A stretch of 64,000 nucleotides of DNA from an uncultured Desulfurococcales archaeon (lineage in GTDB: Archaea > Thermoproteota > Thermoprotei_A > Sulfolobales > Acidilobaceae), in contig CAYVIZ010000001.1 in NCBI GenBank assembly GCA_964451715.1, positions 3,830-67,829 on the forward strand, read 5' to 3'. The notes under the pieces are model-generated. The model worked only from the letters and a program-made list of their open reading frames with translations. It ran no database searches and was not told the DNA's origin. The position numbers were made by a program, and so were the translations under genes. Position 1 is the first letter of the stretch. Each line of letters opens with the position of its first letter. Below, piece by piece: positions 56,899 to 64,000 of this stretch.

Positions 56899-57457
56899 GC
56901 ACAAGCTATCAGAGGCTAATTCCATACTTAAACAATATAATGTCGAGCTTTATATTGCTGGAATCGAAAAAATAGAGTTGCAGGATGATAGCCTGGAAAC
57001 CATTTCAAAGAACGCTGCGATAAATGCATACAACAAGATTAAGTCCCCCTTGGTAACAGAGGATTCAGGCTTGTTTATAGAGTCGCTAAAAGGATTCCCC
57101 GGACCATATTCCAGTTACACCTATAAAACACTAGGAGTTCAAGGCATCATAAAACTCTTGGAAGGAATGAATAATAGGAAAGCCTACTACGAAGCTGTGG
57201 TTACATGCGTATGTCCCCCTTTCATAGAGGTTTTCAAAGGTAGAGTTTATGGACGCATAGCAGAGGCTCCTAGAGGCTCAAAGGGATTCGGTTTCGACCC
57301 TATCTTCATTCCCAGGGGTTACGAGAAGACATTCGGCGAACTAGGGGAGGAGACTAAGAATAAAATAAGCCATAGAGCTAGAGCCTTCTCTGCTCTAGGA
57401 GAATGGATCACTTCTTACTATGGGAAAGTTATAAAACCTTCACATAGAGGAAGTTGA
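56876..57457 (+). CDS. non-canonical purine NTP pyrophosphatase (HAM1/RdgB ITPase)
   Basis: Motifs [41 protein letters not shown] and SHRARA. The start is taken at ATG 56876 rather than the ORF-track 56852. Confidence 0.8.
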   Translation: MAFITSNKHKLSEANSILKQYNVELYIAGIEKIELQDDSLETISKNAAINAYNKIKSPLVTEDSGLFIESLKGFPGPYSSYTYKTLGVQGIIKLLEGMNNRKAYYEAVVTCVCPPFIEVFKGRVYGRIAEAPRGSKGFGFDPIFIPRGYEKTFGELGEETKNKISHRARAFSALGEWITSYYGKVIKPSHRGS

Positions 57458-57476
57458 TGTATTATGGTATAACAGT

Positions 57477-57483
57477 GGAGGTG
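57477..57483 (+). promoter_or_regulatory. Shine-Dalgarno motif GGAGGTG, 7 nt upstream of the in-frame CTG (57491) of rps15
   Basis: Read directly. The same GGTGA/GGAGG motif class precedes many internal genes in this window, including creN7, iorB, rps24e, porA and porB. Confidence 0.5.
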
Positions 57484-57490
57484 TAGAGCG

Positions 57491-57955
57491 CTGAACAAGA
57501 AGAGAGACAAAGGTAAATCACATTCGACCAGGCCAGCCAGTATGATGCCTCCGGGATGGATACCCTATAGGCCCGAAGAGATCGAGATTATAATAGAAAA
57601 CCTCGCAAAGAAAGGCTATGGTCCTTCCATGATAGGAGTTATACTGAGAGACCAGTTCGGAGTACCACTTGTAAAGCCCTATCTAGGAAAGAAGCTGGCT
57701 AAGATACTTGAGGAAAAGAATCTAGCCCCTCCACTACCGGAAGACTTGTTCCATCTCATAAGGCGGGCAGTTAACTTAAGAAGACATCTTGAGGAGCACC
57801 CTAAGGATTATCATAGTAAGCGGGGTTTAATCGAGATAGAGAGCAAGATACACAGGCTTTCAAAGTATTATAAGAGAACAGGAAAGCTGCCAAAGGACTG
57901 GAAGTATGACCCCGAGGAAGCCAAGTATCTGGTAGCCTCTTATGCAGGCATGTAA
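57491..57955 (+). CDS. rps15: 30S ribosomal protein S15 (S13e)
   Basis: The ORF track starts at ATG 57542. The frame is open from 57473 and encodes (L)[16 protein letters not shown] upstream, matching the conserved MNKKRAKGNSHSIRP N-terminus of crenarchaeal S15 as I recall it. The only plausible start there is CTG 57491. Confidence 0.75.
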   Translation: MNKKRDKGKSHSTRPASMMPPGWIPYRPEEIEIIIENLAKKGYGPSMIGVILRDQFGVPLVKPYLGKKLAKILEEKNLAPPLPEDLFHLIRRAVNLRRHLEEHPKDYHSKRGLIEIESKIHRLSKYYKRTGKLPKDWKYDPEEAKYLVASYAGM

Positions 57956-58039
57956 CCATAATTCCTAATATCCAGCCACTTATATCCAAGGTTTTTAGAT
58001 TCTCAAGGGTCATAAAGAAAAACAGGACATTAAATTAGA

Positions 58040-59344
58040 TTGAGAATGGGAGTTGTAAATATGCTTGTAGTTAGGGTGCATAGTAAAGAGGACCTTGAAT
58101 CCAAGAGGAATGTAATAGATAATATTGCACGTGACTTCGTGAGCAAGGCCGTAGAGTATGGTTTTGCCAGGATTTTCTCTTATCCCTCCATAGACTCAGT
58201 CTTTGCCTCCGCCATGCTAGTTACTGGCCTACAGAGAATGGGTATATCATCCGCTCTATCTATAACTCTAGAACCTCCGAGGAGAGCAGATGTCCCACAC
58301 GTGGTTATAGGCTACTCTACTCCTAAAACAGTTGAAAACAAGGGCGACTCTCTTAGAGTGTGTTTGTCTCGACGCATTAGTGAACCTCCCTCCCCTAACT
58401 CCTTTTGTTTAGAGTTCGATTCCAGCTACGGTATTGGTTTGGCTGCCTTTATGCAAAACACCGGCATAGTTAACTCGGATCTAGCAGTATTATCCATCCT
58501 CTCCCCCTACCTCTCATGTCCTGCATGCAACCCGGAGCTTACGGAGCTGGAGAGGTCTTATTTAGATGACTGGATGGCTAGAAAAGATTTCGAGGGAATT
58601 GAGAAAAGGGAAGACATACTTCTACACGGTATTGACAGGTACGCTCTAGCTTATTCTGTTCATTATACAATAGAACCCTACATACCTGGTCTAACGGGAG
58701 ACAAGTCTACCGTAGTCGAGGAACTCGCGTTGAGGGGGCTCGACAAGTACGCTGCAAGCAAGGCAAGCGAAGTGGACAGTAGGCATATGGCTGAACTCTT
58801 AAAGATTATAGCCTCCCGTATACAAGATCACTCAAAGATACGTAAAGACCCCCGTGATTTGATAGGTAATGTTATTATCATAAAGAGTCTAGGAGTAGAT
58901 TTGCTTACACTTAAGAGGCTGCTCTATCTGATGATAGCTTATGAAGGCCGTTTCGACCCAGTGTTTCGCCTAGTAATAAATCCCGGTGATTTCATCGAGG
59001 AGGCATTAAGGCTCCATGAAGAAGTGGTAGACACTGGTGGAGCTGTAGATCACATACGGAGCTCCTTTGTGAGATACCATCGCCTACGGAGTTATCCTTG
59101 GCTTAACGCTTACTTGATACAAGGTGTTCCTCAATACTTGTTACACATAATCGGCTTCAACCTGCGTTTCTATGGTTTCATAGAAAATGACGCCCTCGTG
59201 TTAGGCGTGGTAGACAGGGATAAAGCGGTTACTACAATATCTGAAGTAGAGTATTCCAGAGGCCCTGATCTTTTGAAGAAGATATATTCTCAGATGATAG
59301 GAGAACAGAGAGATGCACTGGTGTATGTCAACATTGCAAAATAG
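58040..59344 (+). CDS. RecJ/Cdc45-like protein with a degenerate DHH domain (tentative)
   Basis: The sequence IFSYPSIDSVFASAMLVTGLQRMGI aligns with DHH motif I/II (H-D-DG-S...L), but the catalytic residues are lost. The length and the position beside rps15 fit the known archaeal recJ-rps15 neighbourhood. Possible starts are 58040, 58046 or 58061. Confidence 0.45.
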   Translation: MRMGVVNMLVVRVHSKEDLESKRNVIDNIARDFVSKAVEYGFARIFSYPSIDSVFASAMLVTGLQRMGISSALSITLEPPRRADVPHVVIGYSTPKTVENKGDSLRVCLSRRISEPPSPNSFCLEFDSSYGIGLAAFMQNTGIVNSDLAVLSILSPYLSCPACNPELTELERSYLDDWMARKDFEGIEKREDILLHGIDRYALAYSVHYTIEPYIPGLTGDKSTVVEELALRGLDKYAASKASEVDSRHMAELLKIIASRIQDHSKIRKDPRDLIGNVIIIKSLGVDLLTLKRLLYLMIAYEGRFDPVFRLVINPGDFIEEALRLHEEVVDTGGAVDHIRSSFVRYHRLRSYPWLNAYLIQGVPQYLLHIIGFNLRFYGFIENDALVLGVVDRDKAVTTISEVEYSRGPDLLKKIYSQMIGEQRDALVYVNIAK

Positions 59345-59603
59345 TATATGCGTAAGAATACACGTGGAAGACTATAAGGTTGCCTCAGACCTTCTAGTAA
59401 AATCCGTGGAACCCGACAATAAGAACACGCCTGAGGGCATCTTAATAAGATCATCCAGTAATGGAGGCACAGCAGTATTTGAGATATGCACAGACAACAC
59501 GTCCCCCGCCAAGCTCCTCGTGTTGAAAAACACGGTAAACGATCTTCTAACTCATCTAGGATTATCATATGATGTTCTAGCTAAATATGGAGCGCGTCAT
59601 TAA
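59313..59603 (+). CDS. pcc1: Pcc1-like KEOPS subunit (tentative)
   Basis: The protein is about 85 aa, and its pattern of beta strands plus a C-terminal helix (LLVLKNTVNDLLTHLGL) fits Pcc1/CTAG. The likely start is ATG 59325. Confidence 0.45.
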   Translation: MHWCMSTLQNSICVRIHVEDYKVASDLLVKSVEPDNKNTPEGILIRSSSNGGTAVFEICTDNTSPAKLLVLKNTVNDLLTHLGLSYDVLAKYGARH

Positions 59604-59675
59604 AAGGCTAGATAATACTTAAAAACTGGGAATGAGCTTGTCCCTATTATAGGATCAAATGGCTGGTGAATAAGC

Positions 59676-60326
59676 ATGCCGAGGCCTAGGAGAACAGCTG
59701 TTAGAGACAAGTGGAAGATAAAGAAGTGGTATAAGGTGGTTGCACCTCCACTATTCGGTAATGCATTACTAGGGACTACTCCCTCAGACGATCCCGACAA
59801 GCTTATAGGCAGAGTTATGGAAGTAACCCTTTATGATCTGACGGGAGAATTCAGCCACGTCCATATAAAGCTCTACTTCCAGGTGGAGAGAGTCGAGGGG
59901 GATACGGCGTTCACGAGGTTTAAGGGCCACGAGCTCCTCCGGGACTATATAAAAAGCCTTACTAGAAGGAAGAGTAGCAAGATACAAGGCATCTTTGATG
60001 TATGGACGAAGGATGGGTATGGTTTAAGGATAACTGCCATGGTCTTTACATCGTTTAGATGTAAGACTAGTCAAAAGAAGGCTATAAGGAAAGTAATGGG
60101 TGAGATAATAAGTAAACGTGCCTCGGAATCCACTCTTGACGAGTTTATACAGGCGATGATATTCAGCGAGAACGAGAACAGTCTGGTTAGAGAGATAGAA
60201 ATGGAAGCCAAGAAGATTTATTCCATCCGCAAAGTAGAGATATACAAGTCGAAGCTGCTATATATAAAGACGGAGGAAGGTGTTAGGAAGGCTGTTATAG
60301 TTTCACCCATACAGCAGCGTGCTTGA
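59676..60326 (+). CDS. rps3ae: 30S ribosomal protein S3Ae (S1e)
   Basis: The N-terminal RDKWKIKKWYKVVAPPLFG is characteristic of S3Ae. Confidence 0.9.
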   Translation: MPRPRRTAVRDKWKIKKWYKVVAPPLFGNALLGTTPSDDPDKLIGRVMEVTLYDLTGEFSHVHIKLYFQVERVEGDTAFTRFKGHELLRDYIKSLTRRKSSKIQGIFDVWTKDGYGLRITAMVFTSFRCKTSQKKAIRKVMGEIISKRASESTLDEFIQAMIFSENENSLVREIEMEAKKIYSIRKVEIYKSKLLYIKTEEGVRKAVIVSPIQQRA

Positions 60327-60465
60327 AAGGATTCCCTTCCATCTTTCAACTATTAAAACGGGCTTTCTGGAACCCGTTGTCCTAAAGAGTTATTAAAGCC
60401 AACGGACTGGAATCCTCTAGAGAACAAGAAACCTGTCCCAAAGATAATCCAGCTAGTGGTGTGCC

Positions 60466-61524
60466 TTGGGAGATAAGTGCATAATAGTGAAAACCCTATT
60501 AGACAATGAGAAAACTGTTGCATCTCGTATAAAGGAGCTAATCCCCTACTTAGACGCGGATCCTTTGCCTGAGGGTTTTAAGGGATTGGTTTTAGTGGAG
60601 GGGTGTAAGAAGCCTGACGAGGAGCTCAAGCTTCTTCTCGAGAATATACCTGAAATAGAGAGAGGCTATAAAGTGCTAGGCACTTCTACAGCCAGTCTGG
60701 AAGACATAGTAGAAACCGTTACTAGGATAGCTGCGCCCGTGATAGACTCCGGAAAGTGTTTTGCTGTCAGAACCGTTAGAAGGGGTAGACATGAATTCAC
60801 TAGTATAGATGTCAACGTAGCAGTAGGTGCTGCCTTAAAAGAGGAAACAGGTGCCTGTGTTGACTTAGAATACCCCGACGTGGTTGTCGGTGTAGAGATA
60901 ATCAAGGATAAAGCTTACATAACTCTTTACCCAGGTAGCTCCATACTTCATAAGTATGGAAAAAACAAGAAGATGCTTCACAAGCTTATGGGTAAAATAA
61001 GCGTAGTACAGATGCCCTACATAGCGGAGCCCGAGGTATCCTATAAGATGGGTGTGCGCGTAGGACGTGAAGTTCAGAATTTCGAAGTAAAGGAACTAGT
61101 TATAGCCCCGATAGGTGTTGTAGAGGCCTATCCCTTGGCTAGATTCATAGAAGGCGTGATGGAGGGCATAAACAGCAGGTTTACCATCCAGAAGAAAACA
61201 TATTCAAGGAAGCCCCACCGTGTAAACGTTAGAATAGCCGATCTATACCAGCTAGTTAGATCCCGCCGAAATGAGCCCATTATCGTGCTTGAACCTGAAG
61301 GCGACTACGTGTCAGGCCAAGCTGAAAAGCTGGCTCTGCTCACTAGGAGAGGTAAAAGAATCAATTTACTTGCAGGCTCACGGGAGGGCATTCCATTGGG
61401 TGTTTACAGGATTGCGGATACAGTGGTGGACATAGCTCCGGGAATAACTCTTTCAACAGAATTTGCTGTTGCCGCTGGTTTAATAGCTATAGCCACTGCA
61501 ATATATGACTTGGTTGAACCATAA
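60466..61524 (+). CDS. THUMP-domain / SPOUT-like putative RNA methyltransferase fusion
   Basis: The N-terminal half looks like THUMP (KCFAVRTVRRGRHEFTSIDVNVAVGAAL...VVVGVEIIKDKAYITL). The C-terminus resembles a SpoU/SPOUT knot (LLAGSREGIPLGVYRIADTVVDIAPGITLSTEFAVAAGLIAI). Confidence 0.5.
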   Translation: MGDKCIIVKTLLDNEKTVASRIKELIPYLDADPLPEGFKGLVLVEGCKKPDEELKLLLENIPEIERGYKVLGTSTASLEDIVETVTRIAAPVIDSGKCFAVRTVRRGRHEFTSIDVNVAVGAALKEETGACVDLEYPDVVVGVEIIKDKAYITLYPGSSILHKYGKNKKMLHKLMGKISVVQMPYIAEPEVSYKMGVRVGREVQNFEVKELVIAPIGVVEAYPLARFIEGVMEGINSRFTIQKKTYSRKPHRVNVRIADLYQLVRSRRNEPIIVLEPEGDYVSGQAEKLALLTRRGKRINLLAGSREGIPLGVYRIADTVVDIAPGITLSTEFAVAAGLIAIATAIYDLVEP

Positions 61525-62783
61525 TGAGGCTCGGAATAATACTAGCTGCAGGTAAGGGGGAACGTCTAAGGCCTCTCACTTCAACTAGGCCTAAACCAAG
61601 TATTCCAGTAGCAGGAATGCCCTTAATATGCAGGCACATATCCATGCTCTCTGGATACGTTGACGTGATTCGAGTGGTAGCTAGTTACAAGAAGAACGTT
61701 TTAGTAGACACGATAAAAAACTGCGATGACTTTCTAGCATATCGTAGCACGACAGGATTAGAGTTAATAGAACAGGGAGCAGAGCTTGGGACAGGCCATG
61801 CGGTCAGAGTCGCCTTAGAAGCGTCGAAGAATCTCTTTGACGAGGTGGTGATCTCTTACGGCGACATCTTTATTCCATTTAAGTATTATGAAGAATTCCT
61901 TTCAGGCGACTATGAAGTACTAGCAGCAGAAACCGATAAACCATGGGAATACGGTGTTTTCAAGGTAAAGCAGGGCCTCATAAGAGGAGTCGTCGAGAAG
62001 CCTGACAAGGGAAGTGAACCTAGTAACCTGGTCTATGGAGGGCTTTTAAAAATAGGGAAAAACGATTTTGAGGAGGTCTACAATATAAAAATGTCGCCAC
62101 GTGGAGAATACGAGTTAACCGATGCTATAACTTCCATAGGAGCAAAACGCGGGTTGAAGCCACTCATACTCTCAGGAAGTGAGTGGACTGATGTCGGGCG
62201 GCCCTGGGACCTGCTTTCTGCCAACGAGTATGGTATAAAGGAATGTATACAAGAGTCTTGTAACAGATTGAAGGGTTTTAATATTAGAGAATCTGAGACC
62301 TCCGAGCCCGCTGTTATACATGTAGATGCTGAAGTAGACAGACACTCGGTTATCATGGGCCCAGTAATGATCTCTAAGGGGGCTTATATGAAACCTTTTT
62401 CCCTCATAAGAGATAATACATTCCTATATAGCTACTCGGTTGCAGGAGTCCACACAGAGATAAAAGATTCAATGCTACTGGAGCACGCGAAGGTTCCTCA
62501 CCAGAGTTATGTAGGCGACTCTATACTAGGAGAACACGTTAACTTGGGGGCAGCGACACAGACAGCGAATCTACGTTTTGACGATAAGCCCGTAAAAATG
62601 ACTGTGAAAGGCGCCCGAGTATCAACGGGCCGGAGGAAGATGGGTGCCGTTATAGGAGGCTACGCAAAGACGGGTATAGGTGTACTGATATATCCTGGTG
62701 TGAAGATAGGGTCATATAGCTGGATATACCCTGGCTGTACAGTCTCCCGTGACGTAGAAGACCATGGAAAACTTGAATGCTAG
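61524..62783 (+). CDS. bifunctional sugar-1-phosphate nucleotidylyltransferase/acetyltransferase (archaeal GlmU-like)
   Basis: N-terminal ILAAGKGERLRPLTSTRPKPSIPV, with C-terminal left-handed beta-helix hexapeptide repeats. Confidence 0.75.
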   Translation: MRLGIILAAGKGERLRPLTSTRPKPSIPVAGMPLICRHISMLSGYVDVIRVVASYKKNVLVDTIKNCDDFLAYRSTTGLELIEQGAELGTGHAVRVALEASKNLFDEVVISYGDIFIPFKYYEEFLSGDYEVLAAETDKPWEYGVFKVKQGLIRGVVEKPDKGSEPSNLVYGGLLKIGKNDFEEVYNIKMSPRGEYELTDAITSIGAKRGLKPLILSGSEWTDVGRPWDLLSANEYGIKECIQESCNRLKGFNIRESETSEPAVIHVDAEVDRHSVIMGPVMISKGAYMKPFSLIRDNTFLYSYSVAGVHTEIKDSMLLEHAKVPHQSYVGDSILGEHVNLGAATQTANLRFDDKPVKMTVKGARVSTGRRKMGAVIGGYAKTGIGVLIYPGVKIGSYSWIYPGCTVSRDVEDHGKLEC

Positions 62784-62796
62784 TCTTACGGTGTTG

Positions 62797-64000
62797 ATGA
62801 CGGTGAAGCCTAGAATAGGCGTGGTTTACCTCTCCGAGTATAGGGTGGCTCTTTCAAGCCTTGCATTTCATTTCATGTACGGTTTACTAAGAGAGTATGG
62901 AGTCGATGTACACAGGATAACACTAGAGAACGGTGTACCGAAGGATTGGGATTCACGTTATTTTACACCCATGTCCTTTGATGCATTCTTAGTCAGCGTC
63001 CCATACGAGCTCATGTATAAGGACTTGTCAGGCTTCCTGGCTAAAAGCGGATTCAAGCCTTTCGCCGCCGCTAGAAGCGATAACGAACCCGTAGTAATCA
63101 CCGGTGGTCCAGCAGTTACAGGGAACCCCCTACCTGTGGCTCCACTAGCTGATGCGGTACTAGTTGGAGAGGCGGAGGGCATTATGCATAGTTTGATGGG
63201 GATACTGGAGTCTGATTATAGTAGGAAAGAGAAGATAAATAAAATGAGTGAACTGGATGGTGTTATGGTTTGGGCGAACCAGATAGAGCCTATCCCGGTT
63301 AAAAGAGTGTTTGCCAAAGATCTGGATGCCACGTATTATCCTGTAGAGCAAATATATGAGCCCCAAATAGAACCTATATGGGGTAGATCGTTTCTCCTAG
63401 AGGCTAGTAGGGGATGTGCGAGAGGATGTTTGTTCTGTATGGAGGGCCGGGTGTTTCTACCTCCCCGTCACAGGAGTTTTAGGAGGATACTATCGTTTAT
63501 AGATGAAGGCATGCAGGCTCCAAGAGGACTTGAACGTTATGGGGAGAAGGTGGCTTTCTATAGTCTATCTTTCTTCGATCACCCAGACTCAGATAAGATA
63601 CTAGAAACAATAATAGGGATGGGGTTAAAGGCGTCAATACCCAGTGTTAGGATAGACACTTTAACAGAAAAACGTCTTTCACTGATAAGGGATTCTGGTC
63701 AAAGAACTTTAACTCTAGCACCGGAAACAGGTAGTTGCCGGCTTGCAAGGGTTTTAAGGAAAAACATATGTAGAGACCATCTAGTGGAAGTTATGGATAC
63801 TGCTTTGACTATGGGTATAAGACAATTCAAAATCTATGTAATGACAGGTTTTTACGGTGAACTGGAAAGAGATCTACGAGATACTGTTGAAATGATAAAT
63901 GAGGCAGGAATGCTTGTAAGAAAGTATGGAGGCAGGCTGAAACTATCTGTCAACCCTCTTATCCCCAAACCCCATACACCTCTACAGTGGCATGGATTTA
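62797..64000 (+). CDS. radical SAM protein with an N-terminal B12-binding-like domain. The N-terminal part is present and the gene runs off the window.
   Basis: Not in the ORF track because the frame is open to the edge. Manual translation gives MTVKPRIGVVYLSEY...VVITGGPAVTGNP...LLEASRGCARGCLFCMEG, which contains CxxxCxxC. Alternative starts are 62764, 62791 and 62794. Confidence 0.7.
   Translation, partial: MTVKPRIGVVYLSEYRVALSSLAFHFMYGLLREYGVDVHRITLENGVPKDWDSRYFTPMSFDAFLVSVPYELMYKDLSGFLAKSGFKPFAAARSDNEPVVITGGPAVTGNPLPVAPLADAVLVGEAEGIMHSLMGILESDYSRKEKINKMSELDGVMVWANQIEPIPVKRVFAKDLDATYYPVEQIYEPQIEPIWGRSFLLEASRGCARGCLFCMEGRVFLPPRHRSFRRILSFIDEGMQAPRGLERYGEKVAFYSLSFFDHPDSDKILETIIGMGLKASIPSVRIDTLTEKRLSLIRDSGQRTLTLAPETGSCRLARVLRKNICRDHLVEVMDTALTMGIRQFKIYVMTGFYGELERDLRDTVEMINEAGMLVRKYGGRLKLSVNPLIPKPHTPLQWHGF

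Noticed and set aside
60328-60426. An H/ACA sRNA interpretation of the hairpin after rps3ae, based on an ACA about 15 nt from the top of the lower stem.
   Set aside because: There is no K-turn or K-loop in the upper stem, the internal loops are far larger than a pseudouridylation pocket, and ACA is not adjacent to the lower stem.

Overview
This is a dense archaeal chromosome segment (about 90% coding). It is almost certainly from a hyperthermophilic crenarchaeon (Thermoproteota, Desulfurococcales-like). The supporting markers are Cren7, a single-OB crenarchaeal SSB, and separate but adjacent Kae1 and Bud32. It also carries archaeal/eukaryal-type ribosomal proteins (S28e, L24e, S6e, S24e, S27ae, S15/S13e, S3Ae), aIF5B, aIF2-gamma, RNA polymerase E', Spt4 and TiaS. 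GTG/TTG starts and GGTGA-type Shine-Dalgarno motifs are frequent.

RNA genes that I could read directly:
- RNase P RNA
- initiator tRNA-Met
- tRNA-Ala(GGC)
- tRNA-Leu(GAG)
- tRNA-Val(UAC), with an intron of about 43 nt
- two candidate C/D box sRNAs

The metabolic genes fit peptide/amino-acid fermentation:
- indolepyruvate and four-subunit 2-oxoacid ferredoxin oxidoreductases
- glycine dehydrogenase P subunits
- acyl-CoA dehydrogenase with EtfBA-FixCX
- carbamate kinase and an NCS1 transporter
- two MoeA paralogs

I found no CRISPR array, cas genes, integrase, transposase or viral genes. I also found no convincing discrete new multi-gene system.

The observations most worth a second look:
- A four-copy repeat of about 21-28 nt between tiaS and the por operon.
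- Two conserved genes (rps15 and a PTPS/QueD-like gene) whose conserved N-termini are not reachable from any ATG/GTG/TTG codon.
- A MoxR-vWA pair lying next to an HTH-NTPase-TPR (STAND-like) protein.
- An orphan JAMM/MPN+ protein.
- An RNase P RNA whose P4 helix sequence is changed in a compensatory way.
- A low-GC ABC-transporter block next to two tRNA genes.

All functional calls come from motif recognition by eye; no database search was run.
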